Notes: generated by a model not told the origin, from the letters alone. A stretch of DNA of 63,999 nucleotides, filler included, from Basidioascus undulatus (GCA_000826855.1; 5 parts of 5 records of this genome joined end to end with filler, not necessarily neighbours in it); one strand, 5' to 3'. Counted from the whole stretch's first letter, positions 12,236 to 26,193 are shown. Numbers and translations: made by a program.

Positions 12236-14609
12236 ATGGACAGCCGCGTCATCCTTGCGCTCGATTTGGACAACTTCTACGTCGCCTCGGGTGCGCGGGC
12301 GTGTCGTTCGATATCTCGATCGACCTCCGAGTCATCCTGGCGTGCTGACGTCCAGGAGCTCCATTAACTAGAACGTCTACACGACCCTTCGCTTATCGGC
12401 AAGCCTGTGGGAATCAAGCAGAAGCAGATCCTCGCGACGTGCTCGTACGAGGCGAGGGCGCGGGGAGTGGGCAAGCTATTCTCCGTCGAGAAAGCACTCA
12501 AATTCTGCCCCGAACTCATCCTGTGCATCCATCTCCTTGCTGAACATATCACCCTGCTCTTCCCTAATTTCGTCCCGCTCCAGGGTCGACGGCGAGGACC
12601 TGACTCGATACCGCCATCACTCGCGCCGAGTCTTCGCCCTCGTGCGCTCGCTCATCTGGAAGGGACGAGTCGAGAAGCTCGGGATGGACGAGCTTTTCAT
12701 GGACGTGACAGAGATGGTCCGGTGGAACCTCGCGCACTCGCCGCCGGGCCGCTTCGCGCTCGGGAAAGACGAGCGCGCAGAGACGTTCGCGTACGATGCG
12801 CGCAAAGTCGCGGCAGTGATGGCGCTAAAGGGCAATGATGGAAAGTGGGAGGGAGAGAATGTCAAGGAGGAATGGGTCGCGGCTGCTGCGCTCGCGAGCG
12901 AGGTGCGCAGGAGGATAGACAGTGAGATCGGGCTGACTTCGTGCGTATCGTGGTGCGACGAAGCGAAGGAGGGTGCTGTGAAGCTGATGGACAGGGGCTT
13001 GCAGGTCATGCGGCATCGCCCACAACAAGCTCATCGCAAAACTCGTCGGAGCTCTCAACAAGCCGGCCAATCAAACTATCCTCAACTGCTCGCCCTCCTC
13101 CCCCGCGGTCCAAGCTTTCCTCGATCCGTTCAAAGTCGAGCGCCTGCAAGGCGAGATTATCATCATCCTGCTCCCCTCCTACTCTTCGGTTCCCACTTAC
13201 GCGGCGTTGTTCTCCCGCAGGCTTCGGCTTCGCCATCGGCAAGCAGCTCCGCCATCACCTTCTCGGCGATGCTAGACCGACGCCCGGCGAGATGGGCGAC
13301 GCGGACAGGACGACCGCGCCATATGTTGAAGATGGCGGGATGGAGCTCACGGGCAAAGCGGTTCGGACGCAGGCGACCGAGGCGCAGCTCAAGGCGTGGT
13401 TCGGGGATCGGCTCGGTGCGCGTCTGTGGGGTCTCCTGCACGGCATCGACGACGAGCCCGTCAACCCTTCACCCGAATTCCCGAAGCAGGTTAGTTGACT
13501 TCCGCAGTTCACCATCATTTCATGCTGAGCAAGTTAAGCAGATCTCGATCGAAGACTCATATACATCGACCTCCTCCCTCGCCCTCGCCCTCACCCGCAC
13601 GTCCACCCTCCTCCTCTCCCTCCTTGCCCGGCTCGAGTCCGAGCTCCTCTCCCCGCCCTCCGATACCCCCTCCCAACGCGCCTGGCTCCGCTACCCGTCC
13701 AAGGTCCGCCTGTCCTTCCGCCGTGGACGCAGCGGGCGGGAGAGCAAGAGCGCCCCGCTGCCGGTGGAAGTGTTCGACCTGCGCTTGGAGAGGCAGGAAC
13801 GCGTGCGGAGGCTTCTGCGCAGGCCGGTCGAGGCCCTTGTGAAGGAGCTGTGGGCGAGAGGGGGCGAGACGGTCAATGTGTAAGTTCCGGAGGCGGCGGG
13901 CTGGAAAGGAGCTCAAAAGTTGCTGATGCTGACCGAGGGTTTTGACCTCCGAAGCATCAACATCGCCGTTACCGACTTGTCCACCCAAAAGCCCAGCACG
14001 TCCGTCGCCAGCTTCTTCACTCCATCGTCCTCCTCGGCTACTCCTTCATCCTCGCGTCCGCCGCCCTCCTCGAACGGCTCTGCCTCGCGCGCACACCGAG
14101 CACCTCCGTCCTCCCTCACGCGCCCCACTCGTCCTACTCGCTCGACGCCAAAGACTTCCGCACCGCCGCCTTCCAACAACGTCCCCGCGGTCGATTTCAC
14201 CGTTCTTCTCGCTCTTCCCGACGATCTCCGCCTCGAACTCATGCGCGAGCACGGCGTCACCGAGTCGGACCTCGTTGTGTTCAAGCAGAGAGATTCCCCT
14301 CCCAGCGCGCCAGAGCCAGCTGGCGTCCAGGATGAGGACGAAGACGCGGCGCAGTGGGATGGGGATGGGGATGGGGACGGGGACGGGGATGGGGATGATT
14401 GGCAGGTCGCTTGTAGGGAATGTGGCTTGCCGCTGCCGCCCTTTGCTTTGGAGGCACATCAAGCATTCCATCGGTTGGGAGAGTACTTGAAGTTCGCGTG
14501 CAGGACTGCTAAGGGCGCGCAGCCGCTAGGTAGGAAAGTCATGGCGAACACAGTGGTGAAGCCGCGCATCAGAACTGCGGCGCTGGAGGTAAGAGATGCA
14601 AACTGTTGA
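12236..14609 (+). CDS. Y-family translesion DNA polymerase (Pol iota-like) with C-terminal UBM/UBZ-like motifs
   Basis: MDSRVILALDLDNFYV, KPVGIKQKQILATCSYEARARGV, VEKLGMDELFMDVT, GIAHNKLIAKL, QISIEDSY, VLLALPDDLRLEL, CRECGLPLPPFALEAHQAFH. The 3' end is approximate. Confidence 0.9.
14357..14397 (+). repeat. GGGGAT/GGGGAC hexamer repeat encoding (DG)n
   Basis: Visible tandem hexamers in the polymerase C-terminal linker. Confidence 0.85.
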
Positions 14610-14811
14610 CCGTGAACGAAAGGAGGAACAACGTTGAGGCAATCGGACACACGCGTAAGATATCAAAGTACAACGTTGCATCACTCAGAACTATCGCTTA
14701 CAATCAATTCGAGTTCTCGATCAAGAAACAAGCAAATAAATGGAAATTATGCACTGCAGGCAGTCAAATCAGCATCCCCGGGCTTCGCTCGGAGTATTAT
14801 GGAGAGTTGAC

Positions 14812-17576
14812 TTACGCAACAAGCGAGACGTCACGGCCCCACGCGCGGTGCTGGGCGACACCATCGAGGAACTTGTCCGCGAAGTCGTTGGAGATGGAGC
14901 CCGCAGTGACGACCCCAGCGTCGACGGTGATGCTGTCCGTCGAGGCCGCCTTGAGGCTCTGCGGCAGCGCGATGCTGTCGAGCCACTTGACGGCATTGCC
15001 CGTGGCACCCATCGCCTTGAAGTGGGCGAAGGCCTGGGAGAGTGAAGAAGTGAACGTCTGGAATTGTACAGCGGAAAACAAAGGTCCGAGGCAAGCTCAC
15101 CTCGCGCGCGAAGTGGATGACACGACCAGAGCGGAGAGCCTGGGCGTAGCTCTCGTCACCGCCGGGAAAGACGAGGGCGTCGAAGTGGGTCGAGCTGCAG
15201 AGCTGCTGTTTGCCACGCACGCTCAAATTATGTACAGCCTGCGGCGAGAGCACTCACCGAGAGGTCTCGATCGTGAACTGAGTCTGGTGGGAGGTCTGGC
15301 CAGAGACGACGAGGCCCTTGCGCGGGCCGACGATCATGACCATGACGCCCTCAGCCTTGAGCTTGGAGATGATGACCTCGGTGCTCTTGATGTCGAAGCC
15401 GTCAAAGAGCATGACGCCGACCTTGCTGTTTACGGTGGAAGGACTAACTAAGCGCTTGGCACGGACAGGAGAGGAGTGATGAAACGCACCGGCCCGCGGG
15501 AGTGAACTTCTGGAACTTGCCGTTGACCTGCGAGAGGAACGCGCTCTTCTTGCCGTGGTTCTCGCGGACGGCCTTCGGAGGCTGGAGCCCGACGTTGACA
15601 GCGACAGCGGAAGCCAGACCATTGTCGACCTTTCCGCCGAATCATCAGTATCATGAGCGGGAAAACTCAAAATAGGCTTACAATGTTAAGGTTGTCAACA
15701 ACGCGGTGGATGACGGTGCCGTCGCCGCACTTGCCGAGCTCGAAGGACGCCGCATCGATGATGTGCTGCTTCTCGACGTCCGACATGCTGTTCCAGAAGA
15801 GGGTGGCCTGGTTGTAGTGCTCCTGCAAGAGGAAATTGACACCGTCAGCTGCTGTCTGGATGATAGTAGAACCATTTAAAGTCATGCTTCACGCACCGCG
15901 AACTTGGGCCCGCGGGCGCGCTCCCTCCAGCCCTCAACGGGGCGCTTCTCGAAGCCAAAGCCGCCCTCCTTGACGGGAGTGGGGTGAGTGGCGCCCCAGC
16001 GGTTCGGCCCTGCGAGTTCACACGGAACACATATTCAGCCGCCGGAACATGCTTCGTGACGCTCAGGGGAAGAGTGACAGTAGTTGGCCTTGCCCGCACG
16101 GATGCGGTGCTGGTGGTAGCCGTCGCGGAGGTTGTTCATGACCGGGCAGATCGGCTGATTGATCGGGATGTCGCCGAAGTTGGGACCGCCGAGACGGATG
16201 AGCTGGGTGTCGAAGTAGCTGTGCAGGACAGCTTCAGGTCAGCAAGTGTAGACAACGGCTATTGCTAGAGAGAAGGCTTACGAGAAGTTGCGGCCCTGGA
16301 GGAGCGGGTCGTTCGAGAAGTCGATACCAGGGACGATATGCTGGGTGCAGTACGCGACCTGCTCGGTCTCGGCGAAGAAGTTCTCGGGGTTGCGGTCTGC
16401 CAAAGCCGTATGTCAGTAGCTGCCTTGCATCTTGCCACGCAGTCACGCTGACTTACTGAGGGTCAGAGTACCGATGTACTTGATCGGGACGTCCTCCTCA
16501 GGCCAGATCTTGGTAGCATCGAGGATGTCGAAGTCGAACTGTATGCACTTGAACATCAGCATCCGTCCTGATGTTGATGTGTAGCAGCGAAGCTATCGCA
16601 CCTTGTGCTCGTCCTCCTCCTTGAGGAGCTGAACACCGAACTCCCACTTCGGGAAAGCGCCCGCCTCGATGGCGTCCCACAGGTCGCGGCGATGGAAGTC
16701 GGGGTCCTGGCCAGCGAGCTTGAGGGCCTCGTCCCAGACAAGGGAGTGGACGCCGAGGTGCGGCGTGAAGTGGAACTTGACGAACGTGCCCTTGCCGTGC
16801 TTGTCGACGAGCTAAATTCGCAAAGCACATCAATTCTGTCTGGGCGTGAATGAAGTGGTTTGAGGAACGAACCTTGAAGGTGTTGACACCAAAGCCCTGG
16901 ACCATGCGGAACGAGCGGGGGATGCCGCGGTCCGAGAGGTGCCACAGCTGCATGTGCGTCGACTCGGTCGTGAGGCCCATGAAGTCCCAAGCGTTGCTAT
17001 TCGAGCAATTCCGTCAGAATCCCAACTACGGAAGGGCGGTCATGACTGAAAGAATACGCACTCGTGGGCGGTCTGCGCCTGAGGGATCTCGTTGTCCGGC
17101 TCCGGCTTGACGGCGTGGATGATGTCCGGGAACTTGATCGCGTGCTGGATGAAGAAGACGGGGATGTCGTTGCCGACGATGTCCTATGAAACACATACAA
17201 AGTCAGACATCGGGCGATCTATGCGAACGAAAAGAGAAAGCGCGCGTACCCAGTTGCCCTCCTCAGTGTAGAACCGAAGCGCGAAGCCGCGAACATCACG
17301 GACTGCGGACAGCAGAAGTTCAGTCAATGGCACTGTATAAGGTTATATTTCAGAAGAAATAACGTACCGGTGTCCGCAGACCCGCGCGAACCCACGACGG
17401 TGGAGAAGCGAAGGAAGACGGGCGTGGTGCGCGACGTGTCGGTGAGGACGCCAGCGGTCGTTACGTCCGACAGGGGAGTGTGCAGCTTGAACTCGCCGTG
17501 CGCGGCGGCACCGCGGGCGTGGACGACACGCTCGGGAATACGCTCATGGTCTGTATCTCGGGGGGGGGGGCCCGTC
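14812..17576 (-). CDS. Large-subunit monofunctional catalase with C-terminal DJ-1/GATase-like domain (5' end missing)
   Basis: [60 protein letters not shown](SY), C-terminal FAHFKAMGA. Confidence 0.96.
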
Positions 17577-17676
17577 NNNNNNNNNNNNNNNNNNNNNNNN
17601 NNNNNNNNNNNNNNNNNNNNTTAATTAATTAANNNNNNNNNNNNNNNNNNNNNNNNNNNNNNNNNNNNNNNNNNNN
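17577..17676. other. Artificial contig linker
   Basis: 100-bp N run with TTAATTAATTAA. Confidence 0.98.
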
Positions 17677-19873
17677 GTGACTGCTGTCAGTATGACCTCG
17701 GAGTCGGCGGCATGATCGGTCGGGCGGGTTGCGCTTCCGCCCGAAGTTGAGCTGCTGGTGCGACATGTGGTGCTGCAATGGCGTGGGCACCACAGCGGGG
17801 GAGGCGGCCGCGGCGGCCATGGGCGCGGGCGTGGAGGGCGCTGCTGCTGCTGCTGCGATAGGTGCTGCTGCTGCCGCGGCGGGGAGTGGAGCAGCGGGCG
17901 GCGTGGGCTCCGGCTCCGGCGGAGGAGGCGCGGCTGTCTCGTCGATCTTGCCTGGGCCCGTGATGCCCCGGAGGAAGGGAGAGGGGACGGTGGGCGCGCG
18001 GACGGGCTCGGGGAACAGGTCCATCTCGTACTCTTGCTTGCGGACTTCTTCGGGGACTGTAACCACGCCCTCCCTTTGCGTCAGTTTCCCTTGGTTACCC
18101 CATGCAAGATCGAAAAGGAACGCACTGCAGGCGTTCTACCCCAAACCAGCTCAAGTCAACGTTTCGAACAGAACAGTGCGCGTGTGGTTACTCACCCAGC
18201 TCTTGATCTTCGAGAACCCTCCACCCTCCGCCTTGATCTTGGGCGAGTACCGGTGCTCAACGACGTACAGTGGCGTGCGCGGGTCCCACAACTGCCGCTT
18301 AGGGCGCCCGCGCGCGAACTTGGTCGCGAACATGACGAACGTCTTTTCGAGCACGTCTTCGATGGGAAGGTCAACGTAGTTGCCTGCAGATTTCAAGAGT
18401 AAGTCAGACGGGAAGGAGGAGGAGGGGGAAGGAAAGGAAGACGCACCGGACTTGAAGACTTCGTTTTCGTAGAAGCGACGCCAGGAGGCGTGTACGGTTT
18501 GCTCGGGACGGTAGTACCGGCAGACAGTGACGTGCGGGTGGCGGATTTTCCTGTGCGGCAAGGCGGAATTAGAGCTGTGGGGATAGACTGTGCAGAGGAA
18601 AGAAGGAAGACGAACCCTTCGGGGATGAAGACCTTGAACAGCTGCGCGGGGATAGGCTTGGACGGGTCGTCCGGGTTCTGGAGGTGAACCCAGTCGCCTT
18701 TGACGCGCTCCGCCCAATCTCAGCCCCTGACGCAGCGCACGTTTCCCGGCAGGGGACGCACCGATGTTGTACTCCGTCCCCCTCACATACCCATTCTCCA
18801 AAAACTGGCGATGCCTTGCCAAGATCCTGCTCGTCGCGACGCCGACGCCCTCCGCGCCGGGCTGCCCCTCCGCGAGCTCCTCCGCGCTCGCGTTCCCCGG
18901 CCCGGCCTTCACGCTCGCGAAGTGGAACTCCTTCCCGAGGGAAAGGTTCGGGGGGGACGTGAGCGAGGTGTAGAAGCGCTGCAGCGTGTTGAGCTGCCCG
19001 TAGCGCGGGGTGAAGGGCGGGATCGCCAGACGGTATTGCGCGAAGAGCCGGAAGAGGTCGGACTCGAAGGATTGCGTTGTGAAGTAGAGGTTCGCGCGGA
19101 TGTTGGCCTGGGCAGGGGCGTGTAAGCGGGGAGAGAGGAAGGGGGAAGGGGATAATTACCTCTATCTCAGAGAAGGAGATGGGCGCGTCGCACTGCGAGA
19201 GAAGGTCAGTTGCAGAGTGGAGAGGAAACGCGTCGAGGTCACACACCTTGTGGTAGAACTCCGGGTCCTGCGTCTTGTCCGGCAGCGTTTCAAACGACTC
19301 CGCCGGCTTCTTCCCGCTATCACATCTTCCCTTCTCAGTCAGTTCCTCTTCTCTGCGCCCACTCGCGCACCCTGACGCGCTCACCTCGCGTCCACCAGAT
19401 TCCTCAGCAGCCTGAGCAGCGTCCCAAACAACGCTTGGTGGTCCTGTCCCCCCAGCACCACATTAAGTACGCGTCGCTTCACTCCAGGATTCTCCAACAC
19501 TCACGCCCTCAAACTCCCTCATCCATCCATTTTCGGTCCCGCGCTCGCGCAGGGCAGAAACGAGTTGCTCGTCCGCGGCCGTTGCGCCCTCCACTGCTGC
19601 CGTGGCCGCTGGAGGGGGGGCAGCGGAGGCTGCAGCAGCAGGGGTGGCGGGCGCGGCGGCGGTTGCGGTGGTGCTGCTGGTGCTGGCGGTGTTGGTGGTG
19701 GTGGTGGTTGCGGCCTTGCCCTTGTCCAGCTTGGACTCGGACTTGGGCTCGGCCTTAACGGGCGAGGGGGCCGCGGAGGACGAGGCGGAGGGTGTGCCGG
19801 GCTCTTTGGGCGGCTGAGAGTGCAGATATCAGTATATTGCGCTATGTCTCTGGAGAATCGCGCGATTTACCAT
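17677..19873 (-). CDS. RSC1/RSC2-like chromatin remodelling subunit (bromodomain + BAH), 3' end missing
   Basis: FETLPDKTQDPEFYH..PISFSEIE (bromodomain-like); GDWVHLQNPDDPSKPIPAQ, YYRPEQTVH..FYENEVFK, RGRPK (BAH). Confidence 0.88.
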
Positions 19874-20139
19874 CGTTACGTATGAGGTCGTGAACGTCGG
19901 AGGCAAGCCAGGACGCGACGGACCTGGAGCTGAGCTTCGAGTCTCGTCCGTGGAACATCCAAGGAGATAATTGGGCGTCTTCCTCCTTCCCTTGCCCGCT
20001 CTTCTTCTGCCTTTACCTACGAGCTCCCCGCTGCTCAGCCGGGTCGCGGTGGCCTTCAGACGACTCCATATCCTAACCCTTATCGTAATTTTACCCTCTA
20101 CTACCTGGATCCCGAGCTATCTCATTGGCGGCCATCGCC

Positions 20140-21333
20140 ATGTCCGCCCTCCCCGCCCTGCCCTCCGGCCTCTCCCGCCCCTCCATGGCCCTTCTCGCGC
20201 ACCGCCTCTCCCAGCGAGAGTCCGCCGCCCTGGCGCGCATCTTCAGTCTCCCCGCCCTCGCTGCCCTCGGCGCTTCCGCGAACGACTCCGTATGCCGCTT
20301 CGAGCTCCTCCTCTGGCTCGCCGGCCGCAAGCCTTGCTGCATCGTCGGCTTCGGCGACGGCCGCGATGAGTTCCAGAGTGCTAAGGGCGCGCAGTGGGTC
20401 GATGAGGTGTGGGAGCCTACGAAGAGGGAGTTTGAGGCGGAGGAGAGAGCGCCGGAAGGTACGCTCGCGTGTGGGGGAGGGAGGAGATGGGGGCTGATGA
20501 GGGGTGGGATAGATCTCAAGGTGTTCTTGGCGAGCGTGAAGAGGGAAAAGTTGGATGGAGTAGGGAGTAGGACAGGCATCCGGACAGGCGATGTGAGTCT
20601 TCCTTCTAGCACTGCCGCTGCCTAGTCTCGCTGAACGCTCACCCACACACAGACCATCCTCTACTCCATCACCTCCCTCTCCCTCCCGCTAGTCACCTCC
20701 GTCTTCCTCCAACCATCCACGAACCCCTTCGCATTGCGCTCTCTCGACTCTATCACCCGGCGTGCACACTACACGCTCCCCGAGTCGGAAATCGCCTCTG
20801 CGCTGGGCTACCCCGTCCAGCATCCAATGGAAGACGGGCACCCCCCCTCAGCCGTGCATCGCCTCGAGCTCTACGTCGCGTACCGTGACACGCAGATGTT
20901 CGCAACGGAGTACCTCGCGAACCTGAGTGTCAACCGCGCGAAGGTCGCGCGCCACTGGGTCGAGTGCTGGGACGCCCTGCGGGAGGTTGTGGGCGGGCAG
21001 GTGGTCATACGGGTGCGGACGTGGGCGGGGGAGCCGGACGTGGAGGCGAGGAGGCTGTTGGAGAAGGAGGTAAGAGGGTTGGGGGTCGTGTTGAGGAAAG
21101 CGGAGGAACTCCCGCTGTGGCAGGACGATGAGGCGAGGATGGCCAAGGTGTGGAAGGAGTTGATTGCGGGGAGTGGAAGCGCGGAGGGGAAGAAGAAAAA
21201 GAAGAAGAATAAGAAGAAGAATAAGAAGGGAAAGGGGAAGGCGGAGGCGGTGGAAACGGTGCAGGCTGGGGCGGAGGAGAACGAGGAGGAGGATGACGAC
21301 GGGCCAGAGCAGGAGCAGGAACCGGATGCATAG
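20140..21333 (+). CDS. Hypothetical protein (2 exons) with Lys-rich then acidic C-terminal tail
   Basis: Two long ORFs joined by a GTGAGT..CAG intron (~20593-20652); KKKKKKNKKKNKKGKGK tail. Confidence 0.7.
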
Positions 21334-21803
21334 ATGCTTTTCCACTCGCTGGTATGATGGAATGCGCTCTTGCTGTGTTGCCGATGAGCTGGACTCGTCA
21401 CAAAGCAAGCATTTGAAGCCTTGGTGCAGTACCGTCGGGATAGCAAACCAACGGACCTCTCGACTGCAACCCATCGTTCTGCTTCCACTTCCTGATAATT
21501 CCCCTTTCAATAATCATGCCATAACATCGGGATTCAGTTCCAATATCCCCATTGCGGTAAGCACCACTTGCTCGAGCACACTCCCAATTTGACGCTCCCC
21601 CCACTCACCTTCAACCAACCTCCGACGCAACCCGTCCGCCCCGCGCACTGCCGCCCCGTCGCCCAACTGCTGGCGCTCGTCAACCCCACTCTGGTTCTCC
21701 CGTCGTCTTTCTATCGCATCTTCGTCCCAACATCATCCTCACATCCCCATTACCGCCCTTTTCTTCTGACCGGCCGGCCGGACGCACCGGGCCTTGCCCA
21801 ACG

Positions 21804-24800
21804 ATGGAGGACCAAAAAGTGCGGTTCATCTCGGAAGGGGACCGAGCGCGGCCATAACGCGCTCAGCTGCTGGGTGCCGTTGGTATCCATGAAACGGAAG
21901 GCTGATTAGGGATGGGAGGGATACAGATGCTCAGCGAGGCGCTGGCGGCTGTCAAGGTGCGTTGTGGAGGGGTGGTGGAGAACAAAGTGGGCAGGGGCAG
22001 GGGCTCATCGTGCGGTGCGGCGGAACAGACGAACCAGGTTCAGATGAAACGATGCCTTGTAGGGATCTTGCGGGATCATTTTGTGAGGTGATGGAAGGAG
22101 CTCATGAGGGGTGGGAGACATGCAGGACAACGACCAGCTCATGGACGCGCTCAAGTCGGCGTCGACGATGCTCGGCGAGCTGCGGACGTCTTCCCTCACG
22201 TATGTCGGGCCTCCCTGCTGTACAAGCAGTACTCTTCTGATAATTAGCTGCGACGGGGCAGACCTAAACAATACTACGAACTCTGTACGCACCCGCCGAG
22301 AGTTGGAACGATCGGAGGCGGCAGCTGATGATCGAGATTGGGAAACAGATATGGCCGTCTTCGACGCGCTGCGGCATTTGTCTACTTACTTGTATGATGC
22401 GCATACGACGGGGAAGGTGTGAATTTCTCTTCCTGGAGGGTTGGGCCGGGCCGGGTTGCAAGGAAGAGAATGTTGACCGCCGTGGGTAGCATCACTTGGC
22501 GGATCTGTACGAGCTCGTGCAGTACGTTTGACCGGTTCCTCCTTCCGTGCTTCACATGGATTCTAACTCTATCAATGTTCACAGATACGCGGGCAACATC
22601 GTCCCTCGAGTACGTGGCTGGCTTGAGCAAAGCGGAATCTCCGCTGCGTCGAAGCTGGCGCTGGATAGTGTGCTGATCAGAGTTGCCGGGACTGCGCCAG
22701 CTCTACCTCATGATCACAGTCGGCTCGGTGTACATGTCCATCCCGGACGCTCCGATCAAGGAGATCATGAAGGACATCATGGAGATGAGCCGAGGCGTGC
22801 AGCACCCCACTCGCGGCCTCTTCCTGCGGCACTACATGTCGGGCCAGACGCGCGATTACCTTCCCATCGGATCGGACGACGGGTGCGTCTTTCCACTCTA
22901 CTCTCCGTGCATTCTGGAGCTTATCGAGCCCGGTGGAACGTCCCCAGGCCGAACGGGAACCTCCACGACTCGATCGGGTTCGTGCTCACGAACTTCATCG
23001 AGATGAACAAGCTCTGGGTGCGGCTGCAGCACCAGGGCCACTCGCGCGACCGCGAGAAGCGCGAGATGGAGCGCAAGGAGCTCCGCATCCTCGTCGGCAC
23101 GAACCTCGTCCGCCTCAGCCAGCTCGACGGCGTCGACCTCGACATGTACCAGCGCATCATCCTGCCCTCCATCCTCGAGCAGGTCGTCAACTGCAAGGAC
23201 GTCATCGCGCAGGAGTACCTCATGGAGGTCGTCATCCAGGTGCGTTCGGTCTTTCCAAGGTCGTCTCGTCTTGGAGAGGGAACGGCGGAACTGATGGGGG
23301 ACTGGCGACTGCAGGTCTTCACGGACGAGTTCCACCTCCGCACGCTCGGGCCCTTCCTCTCCGCGACGGCGCAGCTGCACCCCAAAGTCAACATCAAGCA
23401 GATTGTGATCGCTCTCATCGACCGCCTCGCCGCGTACGCATCCCGCGAGGCGGACAACGAGTCGCCGGAGGAGATCAAGCGGCAGGAGGAGGAGGCTGCG
23501 CGGCGCCTGGCGGAAAAGGTCCACGCGCAGCGCAGACGCGCGACCGCGGGCGGTGCGGCGGTCAGTGAGGATGGCACGCCTGCGAGCGGCGCGGCGGTCA
23601 GCCCGCCCCCGCTGGAGGAGATGGAGAACGGGTTCGCGACGGCCGCCGATGGCTCTGCGGACGCGGATAAGGAGATCACGACGCCTGCACCGGCGGAGGA
23701 GGCGGAAGGCGAGGAGAAGGAGAAGGAGGAGGGCGAGGGGAGCGAGCCGCCGAAGGACAAGGGCAAAGCGAAGGAGGTTGTTTCGCCTGAGGTGGAGACC
23801 AAGCCCGTCCGCAAGTTCCGCGGGATCCCGGAGGACGTCAAGCTCTTCGAGGTCTTCTGGCATCAGGTCGTGGAGCTCATTAAGGTGCGTGCGTGCAGGT
23901 CTGAGAGAGGTTGGAGCGAAGTAGCGCTGATGCAGCGGGGAGGAATATGTGTACAGGCTCGCCCAGACCTGTCGATCCAGGACATCACGGCGCTCCTCGT
24001 CTCCCTCGTCAACCTTTCGCTCAGCTGCTACCCCGACAAGCTCGAGTACGTCGACCAGGTACTCGGCTTTGCGCGGAGCAAGATGCAGGAGTTCGCGGAC
24101 AGGTACGTTCTCTTTCCCTCCCTCTTCGACACTTGTACAAGCTGGACTCACCCGTCGTTCACGGCAGCCCCGATCTCCACTCGCCCCAAACGACGTCCAA
24201 CCTCCTCTCGCTCCTCCTCTCGCCGATCAACTCGTACCAGACAGTGCTGACGCTGCTCGCGCTGCCGAACTACCAAGCGTTGCTCGCCGTGCAGCCGTAC
24301 TCGACGCGGCGGTCCATCGCGCACGCGCTCGTCTCGTCCGTGCTCAAGAACGAGACGGTCATCGACATGCCCGAGGACGTCCAGGGCCTGCTCGACATGT
24401 GTGGCGTCCTCATCCGCGACCAGAAGGACGCGCCCATTGGCCCCGGCGGCAGCGCGTACGGCCGCGGCGCGCGGGGCGTCGCGCAGTACGATGCGGAGGA
24501 GATGGCCGAGGAGCAGGGATGGGTCGCGCGCATGGTCCATCTGTTCCGGGCCGACCAGCTCGACGTGCAGTTCGCGGTGCGTTTTCAGCTATACGCTATC
24601 CGGTGCTCGGATGTGGCTAACCCTTCTCAACTTGCCGTTCGCAGCTTTTGCAAACAGCACGAAAGCAGTTCGCGGATGGCGGCGAGCGGATACGATACAC
24701 CTTCCCGCCGCTCATCGTCGCGGGTATCAAGCTTGCTCGGCGATTCAAGGCAAGAGAACATGTCGTAAGTCAAAACACCTTAGCGATCAGCAGCTTGTAT

Positions 24801-25858
24801 GAATGCTCATCACCTACACGGCCAACAGGAGAACGACTGGGAGCAGCGAACGTCGGCGCTGTTCAAGTTCATCCACCAGCTCATCTCGATCCTCTACCAC
24901 AAGGTCGAGGCGTCCGACATCTGCCTGCGCCTCTTCCTCCTCGCCGCGCAGGCCGCAGACGAGTCCGGCCGCGAGGACCTGTGCTACAGCCTGGCGTGCG
25001 AGGCGCTGACGATCTACGAGGAGTCGATCGTCGAGAGCCGCGCGCAGCTCCAGGCGATCGCGCTCATCATCCGCACGCTCCAGACGATGCGCGTCTTCTC
25101 CGCCGACAACTACGACACGCTCATCACAAAGGTCGCCCTCCACGGCGCGAAGTTGCTCAAGAAGAGCCACCAGGCGACAGCCGTGTGCCTCGCCAGCCAT
25201 TTGTGGTGGCAGACCGAGGTGCCTGGCCGCGAGGTCCAAGAGGACAAAGTGCGTAGCTTGCAAGGCTGAGCACGGGGATGTGGATGCTGAGGTTCTTTGG
25301 CTCGACAGCCTCCATACCGCGACGGCAAGCGCGTGCTCGAGTGCCTGCAGAAGTCGCTCCGCATCGCGTCGTCCGTCATCGACCCTGTCACCACCGTTCA
25401 GCTTTACGTGGATGCCTTGGGTGCCTTTGATTGATGCTTAATTAGGGGCAGTGCAGCGGCTGACTTGATGCATTCTCAGATCGCTACCTCTACTACTTCG
25501 AGCAAGGTGTCGAGGAGGTAAGCCGGACCTGCGCACCACGCTGCCATGCTGCGAATGAGTGCTGACGCGCAGCGGCCAACATCACCAGATCACCGCGCGC
25601 TATGTCAACTCGCTCATCGAGCTCATCACGACGAACCTGGACGAGATGGACTCGCCGGACAGCCATCCGTCGTCCGTCTCGGCCTCGGCCCCCGGCCTCA
25701 TCGAGGGCGCCTTTTCCGCCGACGCCGTGCGCCGACACTTCCGCAACACGCTCAAGTTTGTGCTCGACAAGCGCGAGGACGCGGAGGGCGACGCGCGCGA
25801 GCGGTGGCAGGACGTTGATATTGCAGGACCGTGTCTGAAGCTCGGCATCACGCGGTGA
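21804..25858 (+). CDS. VPS35: Retromer cargo-recognition subunit Vps35 (multi-exon)
   Basis: [88 protein letters not shown]. Confidence 0.97.
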
Positions 25859-26193
25859 GGTGCGGGCGTCACGCGCGTAGTTTAGTCCGGATCGAGGAGG
25901 GGACGGGTCGTCGTTTGCCATGATGTATCTTTGACTGCATGCTTCCGACGAGGACTGATGTGCTTTGTATCTACTGAAGGCAAACGTGGACACTGACTCG
26001 CCGCGTTGCCTTCGCTGCTCCCATTCAGGTGAGCTTGCCGTTCCACGCACGCTCTTCGCTGCTCCAGGCGGCAATGATATTTATGTCAATTAAGGGAGAA
26101 TACACAGATTGGTTGTTTTAGTGATACAATGTGTGCGAATAAGACAATACGAATAAATGCAACAGAGATAAAGGAGAGTGGGTGATGGAGCGC

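Noticed and set aside
22898..24151. Long antisense ORFs (417 aa and 306 aa) over VPS35, and similar ones over catalase and other genes
   Set aside because: Shadow ORFs caused by high GC3 codon bias on the coding strand.
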